From assembly GCF_009914755.1 (NCBI RefSeq), contig NC_060932.1: DNA of 64,000 nucleotides; one strand, written 5' to 3'. Below are positions 1 to 16,608 of this stretch, in pieces; position 1 is the stretch's first letter; each line of letters begins with the position of its first letter. Source of the DNA: the human T2T-CHM13v2.0 reference genome, Homo sapiens. The translations under genes and the position numbers were made by a program. A model generated the notes under the pieces. It did not search any database. It had not been told where the DNA came from and worked only from the letters and a program-made list of their open reading frames with translations.

Positions 1-54
1 GATATAATGTTGAACCTAGACTACAGGCTATTCTGTCTCTGCACTCAAAAGTAT

Positions 55-193
55 CATCCCTGCAATGCCAGAACTTTTGGAGGCCAATGCAGAAGGATCT
101 CTTAAGGCCAATGCAGAAGGATCTCTTAAGGCCAGGAGTTTGAGACCAGCCTGAACAGCATAGAGAGATCCTACCTCTACAAAAATGAAATAG

Positions 194-229
<36 letters not shown>

Positions 230-378
230 CTCCAGCCCTGATGGCATATGCCTGTAGTTCTAGCTACTTGGGAGGCTGAGACAGGAGGATCACTTGAGTC
301 CAGGACTTCGAGGCTGTGATGAGGTATGATTGTGCTATGGCACTTCAGCCTGGAGACAGAGTGAGACTCCATCTCTAT
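55..378 (+). mobile_element. Old Alu (AluJ-like) with a 24-bp internal tandem duplication and (TG)n in the linker
   Basis: Alu dimer motifs ggagtttgagaccagcctg and gcctgtagttctagctacttgggaggctgag. Confidence 0.85.
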
Positions 379-1347
379 CAGAGTAAACCTCAAAATTAAT
401 CACAATGATTTAACTGCCTCACAGGAAAATAGTCCAACATTATTTAAAGAAATTCCCCAAAACCTACTGCACAATAATATAAACCACGATGTGTGGCATT
501 AGAGAAATACAAGATATGCAAAGAAGTGGAAAAGCATGAACCTTAAGAAGGATAAAAATCAACTAATAAAAACACATGATCATATCAACAGATGCAGAAA
601 AGAATCTGATAAAATCCAACACCTGTTAGTGAAATGAAAAAGCTCTTAGAAAACAAGAAATAAAGGGTATTTTCTAAGCTTAATAATATCTGTAAAAAAC
701 GTACAGCTAACACCATACTTAACGGCTAGAAACTACCAGATTTACTGCAAAGATAAGGAATAAGGTAAGGATGCCTCTTCTCGTCACTCTTTTTCAACAT
801 CATACTGTAAATTCTAGTTAATGCAATAAGAAAGAAAAAAATAAACAAGGATATAAAGATAAGGAAGGAAGAAATAAAACAATATTTGTTAACAGATGAC
901 ATAATTGTCTATGTAGAAAATTAAAAAGAACTGACCAAAAAAAAACCTCTCCTGGAGCAAATAAGTGATAATAGCAAGGTGATGCAACATTAATATACAA
1001 AAGTCAAAAACTTATATGCCAGCAATGAGAAAGTGGGAACTGAAATTAAAACACAGCATCATTTACATTAGCATCCAAAAATAAAATACTTAGAAGTAAA
1101 TCTAGAAAAATATAAAAGATATATATAAAGAAAATTATAAGACTCTGATCAAAGAAATCAAGTAACTAGAAAATGAAGAAATATTTCATGTTCATGGATA
1201 GGAACACTCAATATTGTCAATATATTAGTTCTTCCCAACTTGATTCATAGATATAATGCAACCCAATCAAAATCTCAGCTTATTTTATGAATAACAACAA
1301 ATTGATTCTACATATTGTTATGAATAACAACAAACTGATTCTATATG

Positions 1348-1662
1348 GGCCGGGCGGGGCGGCTCACACCTGTAATCCAGCTTTTTGAGAGGCTGAGGTG
1401 AGCAGATCACTTGAGGCCAGGAGTTAGAGGCCAGCCTGGCAAATACAGTGAAACCCAGTCTCTACTAAAAATACAAAAATAAGCCAGGAGGGGTGGCCTG
1501 TGCCTGTAATACAAGCTACTCAGGAGGCTGAGGCAAGAGAATCGCTTGAACCTGGGAGGCAGAGGTTGCAGTGAGCCAAGATCGCACAAGTAAACTCCAG
1601 TATGGGCAACAGAATGAGACTCCGTCTAAATAAATAAATACATAAATAAATAAATAAATAAG
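1348..1662 (+). mobile_element. AluS-type element with (TAAA)n tail
   Basis: Full Alu dimer. Confidence 0.93.
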
Positions 1663-2817
1663 TAAACTTTATATGGAGAGGCAAAAGGCCTAGAACAGCT
1701 AAAATAACATTGAAGGAGGAGAACGAAGTTGGAGGACTGATATTTATCTGACCCTAGTATTTACTATAAAGCTATGGAAATCAAGATAATATGGTACTGG
1801 TGAAATAATAGACAAACAGAGCAATATAACAGCAAAGTGCCCAGAAACAGACAAAACAATTAATTTAGACACAGACTTTGAATCCTTCACAAAAATTAAT
1901 ACAAAATGGATCACAAACTTCAATGGAAAACACAGAACTGTAAAATTTCAAGTAACATAGGAGAAAATCTAGATGAGCTTTTGTTTGGCAATGTTGACGT
2001 AGATACAACAACAAAGACATAATCCATGGAACAAAGAATTAATAAATTGGATTTCATTAAAATAAAATGAAAACTTCTGCTTATTGAAAGACACTGTCAG
2101 AAGTATGAAAAGATAAGCTACAGGCTAAGAGAAAATATTGTAGAAAACATATTTGAAAAAGGACAATAACCAAAAATATACAGAGAACTCTTAAAATAAG
2201 AAATCAAACCAATCTACTAAAAAATGAGCCAGACACCTTAATAGACACTTCACCAAAGAAGATGTACCAATGGTAAATAACCATATGACAAGATGCTCCA
2301 CATTATATATCGTCAGGGAAATGCAAAGTAAAACAACAATGATATGCCACTAAGAAGTTATTAAAATTGCCAAAACCATAATATTGACAACACCAAATGC
2401 TAGTAAGGATGTGGCGCAAAAGCAATTCTCATCCATTGCTGGTAAGAATGCAAAATGGTACAGCCACTCTGGAAAAGGCTTTGACAGTTTCCTACAAAAC
2501 TATATAAATGCTTATCCTATGATCCAGCAATCGTGCTCCACGGTCTTCCTCAAAAGAAATTGAAAACCTATGTTCATAGAAAAACCTGCACTTGAAAGTT
2601 GATATTTATTCATAATTGAAAAAACTTGGAAGCAACCAAGATGTTCTTCAGTAGGTGAACAGATAAATACACTGGTACACCCAGATGATGGAATATTATT
2701 TAGCATTAAAGATAAATAAAATATCAAGCTATGAAAAGATATAGAGAAAACTTAAGTGCATATTACTAAATGACAGAAGCTAATCTGAAAAGCCTACATA
2801 CTGTAAGATTCCAACTA

Positions 2818-3984
2818 CAGCATACCAACATTTCAGTCAAGGACAGACAGCACGTATGATAGTTGCCTGTCCTATCATAAGATTATAATGAAGCTCAAAA
2901 ATTCCTATCGCCTAGTGATGTCATACTGTCATAAACTCATAGTGCATGGCACATGTGTTTGAGGTAGTGCAGGTATAAACCGACCTACTGCACTGCCAGT
3001 CATATAATAATATATCACATACAATTACTTACAATACATAATACTTGATAATGATAAAATGACTTACTGGTTCATATATTTACTATACCATAAATTGTAT
3101 TATTATTTTAGAGTGTGCTTCTTTTGCATACATATTTTTTTTAAAGTTAACTGTAAGCCTCAGGAAGATCTTTCAGGAGGTATTTCTTTTATCATAGGAG
3201 ATGACAACTCTATGCCTGTTATTGGCCCTGAAGACATGTTAGTGGTACAAGATGTACAGGGGGAAGACAGTGACATTGATGATCCTGACCCCGCATAGGC
3301 CCAAACTAATATGTGTGTTCGTGTATTAGTTTTTATCAAAAAAGTAATATATATACATATATATTATATATATACACACATATATGTGCTTATAAAATCA
3401 TTACATAAAATACTTTGTGCATCTATACAATGGTTTTGTGCTTTAAGTGTTATTACAGAAAAAGTAAAAATTTGAAGAAATATAAAGATTTATAAATAAA
3501 ACAGTTACAGTAAGCTAAAGTTAATTTATTATTGAAGAAAAATATTCTCATAAATTTAGTGTAGCCTAAGGTACAGTGTTTATAAAGTCCCCAATAGTGC
3601 ATAGTAATGTCTTATCCCTTTATATTCACTAGCCACCTACTCACCCAGAATAATTTCTAGACCTGCAAGCTCCTTTCATGGTAAGTTTCCTATACAGATG
3701 TTTTCTTTGATACCCATTTTTTCTCTTTGATACTATATATTTTTTTATTTTTTTAACTTTAAATAATTTTGATACACACTTACCATTGTGTTACAAATGC
3801 CTACAGTACTCAGAACAGTAAAATGGTTTACAGGTTTGTAACTCAGGCTACACCATGCAGTCGACGTGTGTAGTAGGCTATACCAGCTAGGTTTAAGTAT
3901 TTTCCATAATATTTGCACAATGATGAAATTGTCTAAGTATGTGTTTCTCAGAATGTATCTCCACTGTGAAGTCATGCATGACTA
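2818..3984 (+). mobile_element. Tigger3-family (Tigger3b-like) TcMar DNA transposon
   Basis: cataagattataatg...aaattcctatcgcctagtga, terminal catgact, TA target site inside the L1 3'UTR. Confidence 0.85.
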
Positions 3985-4399
3985 TATGTGATATTCTGGA
4001 AAGTGCAACGTTATAGAGACACTAAAAAGTACAGTGGTTGCAAGAGGTGAAGTGGAGGGGGTAGAGATAAACAGGCAAAACATGGTGGAATTTTAAGGCA
4101 GTGAAACTGCTCTGTATGATGCTATAATGGTGTATACGTGTCATTATAAACTTAACAAAACCCATAGAACATACAACACCAAAAGGGAACCCTAATGTAA
4201 ACTTTCCGTATTAGTGATAATGATATGTCAGTATAGGTTAAGCAGCTGTAAAAACTGTGGCACTTTGGGAGATGTTTACAATGGGGAAACTATGTATGCA
4301 TGGTGGCAATATATGATATTTCTGTTCCTTTTGTTCAATTTTACTATGAACTAAATACTGTTCTAAAAATTATCTATTAAAAATGAAATAAAAATCACT

Positions 4400-5260
4400 C
4401 ATATAAACGGAGCAAGAAATCTCACAGATATAATTAGTGAAAAAATACATTAAAAAGCTCTTATAAATACACTGCATATATTCCAAAGTAGAAGAAGGCA
4501 TGAGACTGGTGAGGAGAGACACAGATTGTACGGAGCAAGAAATCTCACAGATATAATTAGTGAAAAAATACATTAAAATGCTCTTATAAATATACTACAT
4601 ATATTCCAAAGCAGAAAAAGGCATGAGCCTGGTGAGGAGAGATACAGACTGTATTTAAAAAGACACAAATTAAACTCCCAAAGATGAAAATACAGTGTCT
4701 TAGATGAAATATATACTGGACAGGATTAACAGCACATTGGACACTCAGAAGAAAACATTAGTGAACTTGAAAATATGGCAACTTGAAGAATCCAAATGAA
4801 ACATACAGAGGAAAAAGAGTGGAAAAAAAAAAAAAAAACAGAAAATCGGTGAACCCTGGCACAATACCAGGAGATCTAACATACTTTTAATTGAAATCCA
4901 TAGATGAAATTGCCCTAGTTCAGAGTAATGAGCTAGACAAATACATTTAATGAAATAATGGCAAAAACAGGCCCACAACAACTGTAAATTAAAGAAAAAA
5001 TAGTCCAAAGAAACACGCAGCACAGCACACTAAAATATATCACAATTTCTGAAAATCCATGATTATGAGTCTTGCAATCAGCCTGAGGGAGGAAAAAAGA
5101 CATTATGTACAGATGAACACAATTAGGAATTACTGTAGATTTATAATCAGGAACAATGCAAGCCACAAGACAATGAAGTGCCATATCTAATGTATTAAAG
5201 GGGGAAAAATGACAGCCTAGGCTTCTATACCCAACAAAAACTATTTTACTAAAAAATAGA
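4400..5260 (+). mobile_element. Old L1 ORF1-region fragment with a 123-bp tandem duplication (4407-4529 / 4530-4652)
   Basis: Degenerate ORF1 motifs (ttagtgaacttgaaaat...) and a direct repeat. Confidence 0.65.
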
Positions 5261-5379
5261 AATAGGACTTTTAGAAATATAATGTAAACCATCACATTAT
5301 CATGTATAGGTTAATTTCACCTGTGGTTTTAGTCATTTCATGGGTACAGAAAGATAGATACCACCTATGTATATGTTAC

Positions 5380-5452
5380 CTTGCCTGGATCATGTTGCTC
5401 GGACTTCGAATGATATAAAGAGAAGCTAAAGTTATGATGGTCTTCGAAATAC
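5380..5452 (-). pseudogene. Fossil exon, 73 nt, phase 2>0: (R)YFEDHHNFSFSLYHSKSEQHDPGK
   Basis: Open, and in phase with exon 6641-6897. Donor AAG|GTAACA; acceptor weak (aatgag). Confidence 0.45.
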
Positions 5453-6256
5453 CTCATTCATATATGTAACAAAGTACATACGCATAATCCTAAAATGAGA
5501 TTAGATGTAAAATTCAGCAGTGATCAGATATTACTCAGATCTAAAATAATTATGTCCCTGATTATTAATTCTATAATTTAGCAGCTATTTCATCAACCCT
5601 TCTTCTTGGTGAATGAATATCTTAGAGAGAGGTCTCTGCATGTTTTTTAATGTTCTCCTCTTGCATGGCAGGAAGCCCATGGGCTTTTAGATGACACAAG
5701 TGAATTCAACAGGCATCTTAGGGAGAAGTAGTTTAAATGATAAATGGCACATTTATAGCTAATGTTTGGTAAGTATTTTAATGTTCCATATATTTTAATA
5801 TTAATAATAAATAATCCATAATAATAATGACTTTAATATTTATAGTAACAGAGAACGAATTTGAAGCACAGAGAAAAATAACATATCTGCCCAGAGGTAG
5901 CAAAGGGTTCAATCCAACCTTTAGTCCAGGTAGTCAGATTTCACAGCCCTGGGGCATAATCTATTATGTAGTGATGCTTCAAGCATGGATGGCAAAGGCT
6001 GGAAAGGTTCAGAGAATAGCCGATCAATTTGTTCGACTAAAGAAATGATGGAAAATACAATGGGAAATACAGGAAACTTTAACAGGAATATAAAAGAGGC
6101 TAGGGTTGTACTATAGAAAATATTTCATTTTTGAATATAAGATTATACTTTGAGTATGAAAAGCAATGAAAGGCCTCCCATCCACCAGATGGTGATAATA
6201 GGAACAATACATATGTACAGATTATGTACCACTTTGTATAAGTAAAACTTAATTAA

Positions 6257-6582
<326 letters not shown>

Positions 6583-6640
6583 TAAACCATGCACATAACT
6601 TAACAAACAGAGATGTCTTTTACCATGCAGAATACTTTAC

Positions 6641-6897
6641 CTTAAACACTCAGTTTTGAAATCTAAATAGCCATTTGAATTTCAGTGATCAAATCCAAAC
6701 TGATTGATTTAAAGGTAAATTGGGCTAGATTCAGTATTGTTTAACCTTTTGTAAATAACTGCATAGATGACATTTGCCGGCAGATGGTGAAAGTCAACAC
6801 CTCTGAATCTGTGTTCAGAATTTGTAATTATTGGGGTGGCCATAGAAGATGACCAGATAACGCCATTTAATTTAATAGAACCAGGTGTCAAATATTT
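6641..6897 (-). pseudogene. Fossil exon, 257 nt, phase 0>2: KYLTPGSIKLNGVIWSSSMATPIITNSEHRFRGVDFHHLPANVIYAVIYKRLNNTESSPIYL*INQFGFDH*NSNGYLDFKTECL
   Basis: Acceptor ttttgtaccttatag, donor AAG|GTAAAG. Two in-frame stops; overlaps ORF 6709-6891. Confidence 0.75.
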
Positions 6898-8050
6898 CTA
6901 TAAGGTACAAAATAAGCAACTTGTGAAAACCCATGATGATAAATGACTGTATATTTGGGATTCTGACAAGAACACTTCAAGTATGTCACAAAATCAGAAA
7001 TCTCAATGATTCAACAAGGTACTCAGGTGTAAAATATGCCTAAATACTAATAGGGAAATCTTCAGGCAATAGACTAATTTATAATAACAATAAATGCTTA
7101 CGATTACAATCCATTTTATACCCAACATTTACCAGGAGTTAACACCAAGAAAGTATGACAGATGTTTAAGGTGGCATCAACCGTTGAAATAACACTTGTA
7201 TAAATTTAGAAATTTCAGAACTACAAAAACATTCAGAAGCAATATATAAAAAAAGAATTTAAGAATTGGAAAAAACTAAAAATTAGAATATTTATCCTTT
7301 AATGGCAGATATTTACCCTAAGAAATAGAAAAAATACATATGAACTCTTTGTCATGATTAACTTGAAACACACAATGTAAATAACTTCTTCCCAAATTCA
7401 TCAAGTAAATTATATTAATCATTAGAAAACAGTTTAAATTAGATCTGATCAAGATTCTTATTTTCCCAGATAATAAGAGGAACTTTGATTTCTTCAACTT
7501 GGAAATTAATTTTACATCAAATATACCATAACAAAATAACATAGTACAAGTGTATAATTCTTCACTTAATTTTTGGTTTGTTTTATTCTTCCTTCAGTGA
7601 GCTTTTTCAAAAAATATTGCCATCATTCTTGTACAGAACCATAGCATTTTAGGGCTCGAGAAAATTAAGTGATTTTCTCATTTGGAGATTAATTAGCTTA
7701 TCTGGAACTAGAAGTTACATCCTCTGATACACACTTAAACGTACCATCAACTATAGAATTTCATCAATCTTAAGATGCATGATTTTTCACATTTTAAAAT
7801 ATCTAAAATCTGAATGTGTTTCATCTCACAATCCATGGGATGCCATAGGTTTATCACTTGTGCTTTTCCTTTCTCAGTGATATATAAAAGTGGTTTATGG
7901 TATACAGTCCTAGAGATTATGAAACGCAACATGCCATTTTTAAATATATAAATTATGTACTTTTCCAGTGATTACATCAATTAAATTGTTTCAGAGCTTT
8001 TTAAAAATGATTGTTCATTTCTAACTAAATGAACGTCTACATGTACTCAC

Positions 8051-8125
8051 TCCCTTCATAATGCAATTTTTACTTGGCATCTGATGGCTTCTTAAATGAT
8101 GTTTTGGCCCAGTTTAATAATTTTT
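8051..8125 (-). pseudogene. Fossil exon, 75 nt, phase 0>0: KNY*TGPKHHLRSHQMPSKNCIMKG
   Basis: Acceptor gttgtttacag, donor GGA|GTGAGT. Length is a multiple of 3 and bridges both neighbours in phase. Confidence 0.7.
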
Positions 8126-8274
8126 CTGTAAACAACAGCTTGTTTTTTGAGTATTAAATAAGACAATCAAGTTCTTTAGGGAAAGTGGAACCAAATCATG
8201 TATTGAAAAGTCATGGCAACGTATTTATGTACAGACATATTTTGGTTCGTTACATCACATTTCATACAACTTAC

Positions 8275-8438
8275 AGGAATTTCACTAATATTTTTGGCTT
8301 CTCTGTTACTGACTCTGGCTAAAAGAGCTTTGGGACATTGTAGTGAGTTGGCTCGTGCTCTTAAAGCTGCTGGAGTTTTGCTAACTAATTTTCTCAGAGT
8401 ATTCATACTGTAAACATGTTGTAGCAGATTAAAAATAC
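8275..8438 (-). pseudogene. Fossil exon, 164 nt, phase 1>0: (G)IFNLLQHVYSMNTLRKLVSKTPAALRARANSLQCPKALLARVSNREAKNISEIP
   Basis: Acceptor tgtgttttatag, donor CCT|GTAAGT; fully open. Confidence 0.75.
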
Positions 8439-11039
8439 CTATAAAACACACAAGCAAATAAGTGTAAAAATTAAAATAGCTTTAAAAAGTTCATCTAAAT
8501 GATGCATCTCAAATCTGAGGCTGAAATAGTTTCGACACCTTTGTTTTTTGTTTTTTGTTTTTTTTTGGTTTTTGGTAAAACAGTTTAACAGGAATCACAT
8601 CATATATAAAATTGCTGCAAAGAAGTCTTTCCTTTCAAAAAAAAATCTACAATGCTTCATAACCCTGTTGGTAGCAGGCCCTTGTCATTTCAAGAAACAA
8701 TGCAGCCTTCACTGAAACACATGTGTGGAGGAGGGAGGTCTGTTATCTGTGCAGGTCGTAATTCCTGGTCCTCTGTTTAAACATGCAGTGGCATTTCCTA
8801 TGTAATTAAATTTCTAAATGTACAAGCAAACTTTGTCTACATATTGGCATGTATAATAAATTATTAATTAGAATTGTCAAAAACCATTAATTTGAAATCT
8901 GTAGAGCAAGTCTTCAGCCTCTTGACTGTACCATGAGATTCATTTAGAAATTATTTAAACCACATTAATTAAAACTAAGTTTAAATATTCTAAAATTAAT
9001 ACTGATAAAGAAGGAAAATTAAATCTTCAAGTTATGTTCTGCTTGTATTTCATGATGGAGCAGTTATTTGCACCTGGAATAATTTAAATAGTAAAGGTAT
9101 ATGAATAAAACAAACTTTATAATTATTATGTGGTATTTTGGGGTGGACATTTCCAATTACAGAGTAAGAAAGATTAAAAAATTCTCTCATTACTATTAGA
9201 ATTAGACAAAGATAGAAGTCTAGCTTGAGCTATTAAGGCACGTTTAAAATATATCTAAAAAATGAAAACGGTTAATTTTTCTAAATTAACAACATTCAAA
9301 CTTTTCAATCCCATAGTTTATGAAATTGGAGGAGCCCTTTTATATGACAATCTCAATTTACAACATACTTTGGTTAATTCATGTATGTAACTACTAATAT
9401 TGCTATTCATTGAAATACTCCAGTAAGGCAATACCCAGTTTTAATGGCTAACTTTGTAGGGCTGTGGTATTATTCTAATTAATCACTACATATGAGTTAT
9501 TAAATATTTACAGTATTATTCATTTCCATATCTACATTAACACCAATATTGGTATCTATTACATATAAAGCTAGTTTTTATGCAAATTAAAATGTATGAT
9601 TTAATTTACAGGAAAGTCTATTTAAATATTACAGATGAACACACAGCTGTTAGGAAAAAAACCTCGACAAGTTAACAATTCTGTCAATAAATGTTCATTA
9701 AACAATGAATAAACCTTTCATTGAACTAAAGAGCATTCATCTAGTTTACCACCCCAAACCAGTGTACTAGAATTCATGACAGCAAGACTTGGGTTTAGCT
9801 GTTACACTAATAAACCTACAGATACTCAGCCACAATATGGTGGTCTAAAAGGAAAATTAAGGAAGCCCATATTTCTACTAATGAATAGGTAACTAATTAC
9901 TTCTAACAAACTATATGTTTCGTCTCGGGAAGACTTTGCTCTCAAGACTTAACTCACCTCCTATCCAGGTAGTGCATATAAAAACTCATCTGAGCAATTT
10001 ATATAGAAAATTATTCTTGCCCTCCAATCACTTTATTGAGTATCATTTACAGTATATGTTTAGAAGTAATTTGGAATCTTGGCTTCACCCTGATCAGGTT
10101 ATAGAAAGGATATCCAAATGAATAATTGCTGTAATATGTTGTAAGCACTAAATTTGAGTAATTTGAAATATACAATATAGTAACAAATAAAAGAAAAAAA
10201 TCTGGTGCACTAAATAAAATGTTTCCAAGGGAGAAACAGGAGTGATGGGACTCGAAACATAGCAAGAACAATTAGGAGATTGTTTCAATAATTCAACTGA
10301 GATATAAGAGATCTGAAAATAAACTAGGAGTAATAGAGTTGGACAGAAGGTAGTTGGAATTGATAAATTGGTCACTAAGGCATATAGATTTAAAAGCATA
10401 TTATGGGAGGAGGATAGAGATGGGAAATAGGAAGACGGCCAGGTTTTCAGCTTCTGGAGATCATGGCTATTATTAAGTAGAAGCAGGGGTACTGGGGTGC
10501 AATAGAGATTTCAGGTTTAGACATGTTGCAGGGGCTGAAATTGTGGACACAAGGATCTAGACTACATCAGGGAAGAAGGTTGGAATAGTGACCTATATTT
10601 TAATGCATGGTTTTGAATATGATAAATATGTAATGATTGCAAAAAGAATATCAAATTCTGATTGTCCAGGAAGGGAGAAAGATCAGCTAAAGAGAGTAAG
10701 ATGATACTGCCACATGGCTTCATCAGCAGCACAAGGGATAAACTAACAAACCATCATTAACATTTTCAAACTGGGTCCCTGAATTGTACTTGAGCCTTTG
10801 CAACTCACCTCACAAAATATTCAGTAATAATATTAAATATAGGACTATTTACAGGATCACACCAAAACCAAGCCAAGCCAAATAAACAAAAAAATTCTCT
10901 ACTTTGGGCCCAAAATGGTATTTTGAAGATTTGTACATTTTACATTATTTCAGTGGCCATAAATGTAATTATGAAACCTTAACAACGGTTCATTTCCCAA
11001 GGCTTTTACTCACTTTAAAGAAAAAAAAAATATATATAT

Positions 11040-12979
<1,940 letters not shown>

Positions 12980-13479
12980 TAGCTCTTTAATACAAATTTT
13001 CTGAAGAGTAATTTTGAGATGAATATCAAAAGAAAAAAGGGCTTATGCTTTTATACACTAATTTTACTTGTTTATTTTAAAAATCTATATAGCTTTTTTG
13101 AAAATTGAAAAAGTTTGAATAACTTAAATAAGCAGTGGCAAAATGGTAAAATCACAGGCATTTGAAAACTTTTAATTAATGAAATAATTTTATGATTATG
13201 TGGTAAGTAAAAAACAAATACATTGTTTAATGCAAATTATAAAGATGTATATGTCAATAAACAAAATACCCATAGAAGTAGGACTGTGAGAGATTATTTA
13301 CATACTTGCTCCATAAGGAACATTTCTAGTAACAATTCATTTGTTTTACAGTAGTTATTTTGATAGAAGGGGCCAATATATTTGGGAATTTTTAGCACAC
13401 TAAGGGCTTTTGTTATTACTAACATAATTAAATTCTAGATTTAGTGAATTATATTATACACAAAAGTACACCTCCTTAC

Positions 13480-13783
13480 CAGTGGGAGTAATTTGCCCTA
13501 CAGAAATCTGTTATAACATTTAAATGAAATTGTTAATCAGGGACTATCTACAGCTGCACCTGCTCTTATTTGTAGGATGAAACTGTGTAATCACTGTCAG
13601 TTCTTCCAGATAGAGGCAGTGGATATCTATTAATACAACAGACGCATAATTAAAGAGAATCCCCATCAGCTGTGGTATCCTGGCTTTGTTAGATTGAGCA
13701 AAGTGAGGACAGAGAACACCAAGGAGAAAAATGGGCGGAGACTGGTTGTTTATGACAATGTCACTTACTGCCTACGCAGGACA
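13480..13783 (-). pseudogene. Fossil exon, 304 nt, phase 0>1: CPA*AVSDIVINNQSPPIFLLGVLCPHFAQSNKARIPQLMGILFNYASVVLIDIHCLYLEELTVITQFHPTNKSRCSCR*SLINNFI*ML*QISVGQITPT
   Basis: Acceptor ctaatttcttcag, donor CTG|GTAAGG. Four in-frame stops, no frameshift, phases match both neighbours. Confidence 0.7.
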
Positions 13784-14174
13784 CTGAAGAAATTAGTCAA
13801 AAAAGTTATGTGATAAAGTCACAAAGAATAAGGTTAGAAAAACAAAGTTTAATGAATTAAGCAATGGTGAATTCTTACTTTCAAAGGAAGATTTTAGAAT
13901 GCAAAAGCAGTTGAGAATGAGACAAATTCGTGCCACAAATATTTCTAAGTAAATTGTGAGTGTTGTCTCTTTTTTTTTTTTTTTTAAAGTCCATGGACTT
14001 CTAAAGAGGTTATTTTGGGCCCGTGTTGTGTGTATAGGATACTACAGGAAGCATTTTTAGAAAAAGGGTTATGCCTATTACGGTCTGAAATAATTCGTAT
14101 ATCTTAAGTATGTAGTTTATCCTCCTTGTTTGACTAGTTCCACAATTTCAAAAGTCACTCTTGACTCTTACTGA

Positions 14175-14678
14175 TGGCTTCCCACTCCTTGCCTCCTGTG
14201 TGGGCTTGCTAGGGTCCCAGCAACCCAGCCAGGAGGTCTCAGGCTGAGTTTGAAAAAGCTGCTGAGGGTATTAGGCACCTCAAGATCAAGCTAAAGGATG
14301 ATGAGATGCTGTTGATCTAAGAACATTGCAACCAAGTGGCGTGGGCGACATAAATACAGAAATACAGCAAGGCCAAAAGGGGTGTCTGGAATAAACTGAA
14401 AGCAACGACCAAGAATGACACCATGAAAGCTTAGTCCACAAAGAAGCATTCAAGAAAAACTAGAGACGGGATTTGGTTTCTAGTCACACATTTAACCTAA
14501 ACTGATGCAATGCCTAGTTTTTTCTAATACCGTGGCTGGTGTAAAATAATGAAAATAACCAGTTAAGTTAGTTCCTTCATTCTGTTCAGAATATGGCTCT
14601 AGGTAAAACAATTACTGACCTTCCCCAAGTGTTTTTTATCTGAAATCAATTAAAAGTGTATTTGCTACTTTAGAAAAA
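14175..14678 (+). pseudogene. Processed pseudogene of DBI (acyl-CoA-binding protein / diazepam binding inhibitor)
   Basis: Intronless remnant [27 protein letters not shown] matches ACBP [20 protein letters not shown]. Start ATG mutated, stops and deletions. DBI-like 3'UTR ending ATTAAAagtgtatttgctacttt plus a short A tail. TSD (aaaagtc)actcttactga on both sides. Confidence 0.92.
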
Positions 14679-16334
14679 AGTCACTCTTACTGAATTTATA
14701 TGGAATACAAATTTAGCCTTTCTTGATAGAGTACATATGTGTTAGTGTTGTGAAATATAAAGTCATGTATGTGCTGTAAGCATTGCACTTACAGTATTTC
14801 AGATTATAAAGTCATTATAATCAATGTGTCCAGGTGAACATAAGCTTAGAATTCAACCTACATTCTGTGAAAGAAATACATGAAGGAATCAATAAGTTAA
14901 TAAGTCCTACTATATGTATCACTTTTTAGCATACTATAAATGCACTTATTTATTATGTTTATTGTCTGTCTCTCCACTTAAACAAATTCCTACATAACAG
15001 GATGTCTTTTTCTTCAATGATGAATGAAGTCTATCTAGATGAATCAACAATACTTCGATAAGGCACTCACTATTTGGTGAATGAAGGAATTATCTTGATC
15101 TGAAAAATACAGACTACGTACTCCTGTTGCTCTTTGAAATTTTAAATAAAATGTTGGAATATTTATTTTAGATAGTTTAAAGAAGCTAAAAATCTCTACA
15201 AATGCATTTAGGTGGCAGAGAATCTACAAACCAAGTCAACCGATACATGAACAAACAAACTGTAAATGAGGGAAAGAAAGAAAGTACCAAAGGATGACCT
15301 AGCGTGGGTATTTGGAAGGGTTACTTAATTATGTCGTCTAAGTAACCTAATTTATATGATTGTAAAAGATCAGGAATTCCAAATATTTCAAAATATTTTG
15401 CAATCATAGGCACATAGGCCTCTTGGAAAGGTTCAGCTAATCCTAAATATTACTGATATGAATAATGTCACCTAAAAAAAAAGGAATATTTGACTCATAT
15501 AGTAGAAATAGTTCCATAAATAAAGAAAGCATAGATGTAAGAATATGAGTTATGTTAGTCAGATTTAAACATCGTTCTTCATAATCATGTGTCCAAATAC
15601 AGAATAATAAAATAGCAATAATGAACCAATCAAAAACTGCAATAAAATTTTTTTTGCCGTAATAAAAAATCAAACTTAATATAAGAAAACAACACAAAAA
15701 TGTCACCCTAATACATAATTTTATAACTGTTTTGTGAGAAAATAAATTACAAATTTTGTATCTATATATTGTGTTCTTGTTTTTTCAAAATGAATATTTT
15801 AGTTTAGTAAATTTCCATAATTGATACGTGAAATATTAGTAGGATAGTTCACTTATAATTTGATCAATTGATTGAAATAATAATTTCTAATTTTATTTTA
15901 AATTTCTCAAGAATGTCAACAACATATTCTACTATTTTTAGTCAAGAATTTCTTGTGAAAAACTATAATTAAGAAAAATAAAATCCCGGTTGCATCTGAC
16001 CATTAATTTTTTACTACCTAAATTACATAGTTAAATTGATATATAAAAATGATTAATTTTTAAGAATTTCAAACACTTAAATCATTAAGATTAATGATAT
16101 ATCTTAGAATAAAACCAACCATAGGATATTGTCAAATGAGCCAAGAGAGAAGCATAATTATAGATATTGTTTAGGAAGCAGACATGAAAAGGGTGATTTA
16201 CTATTATCATAAGTGATAAGGTGGCCCCATTAAGATGACCAGGACTATTATCAGAGAAGTTTATTTTATATACACATATCCACCAATAATACCTACATAC
16301 TATAATACACTATCCACCAATAATACAGTAATAC

Positions 16335-16437
16335 CATATAGGAAAGTAATCTTGGTTTATATTTCCTAGCATTAAAATATTCTTGTTGTACACATTCAGT
16401 GTATTGTCCAGGCATATTTTCCTCTGATCCTAGGTGT
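16335..16437 (-). pseudogene. Fossil exon, 103 nt, phase 2>0: (R)HLGSEENMPGQYTECVQQEYFNARKYKPRLLSYM
   Basis: Acceptor gtttgctttacag, donor ATG|GTATTA; open. Confidence 0.55.
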
Positions 16438-16608
16438 CTGTAAAGCAAACATAAAAAAGCAACTGCTTTGTGGAGAAATATGCTTTGCTATCTAATACAG
16501 AAAATTTGAACTATTTGTATCGCCATTTGGGACCAACTGAACATAACCTGCTTAAAAGTTCCACCTAAATTATTGGAATCCTTTTATATCTATCTTAGAC
16601 AAAATCAC

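Larger units (their letters stand above)
560..4390 (+). mobile_element. Old L1 (L1MC-like) ORF2/3'UTR, interrupted by an Alu and by Tigger3
   Basis: Degenerate ORF2 sequence and an L1MC-type 3'UTR that continues across the Tigger insertion. Confidence 0.8.
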
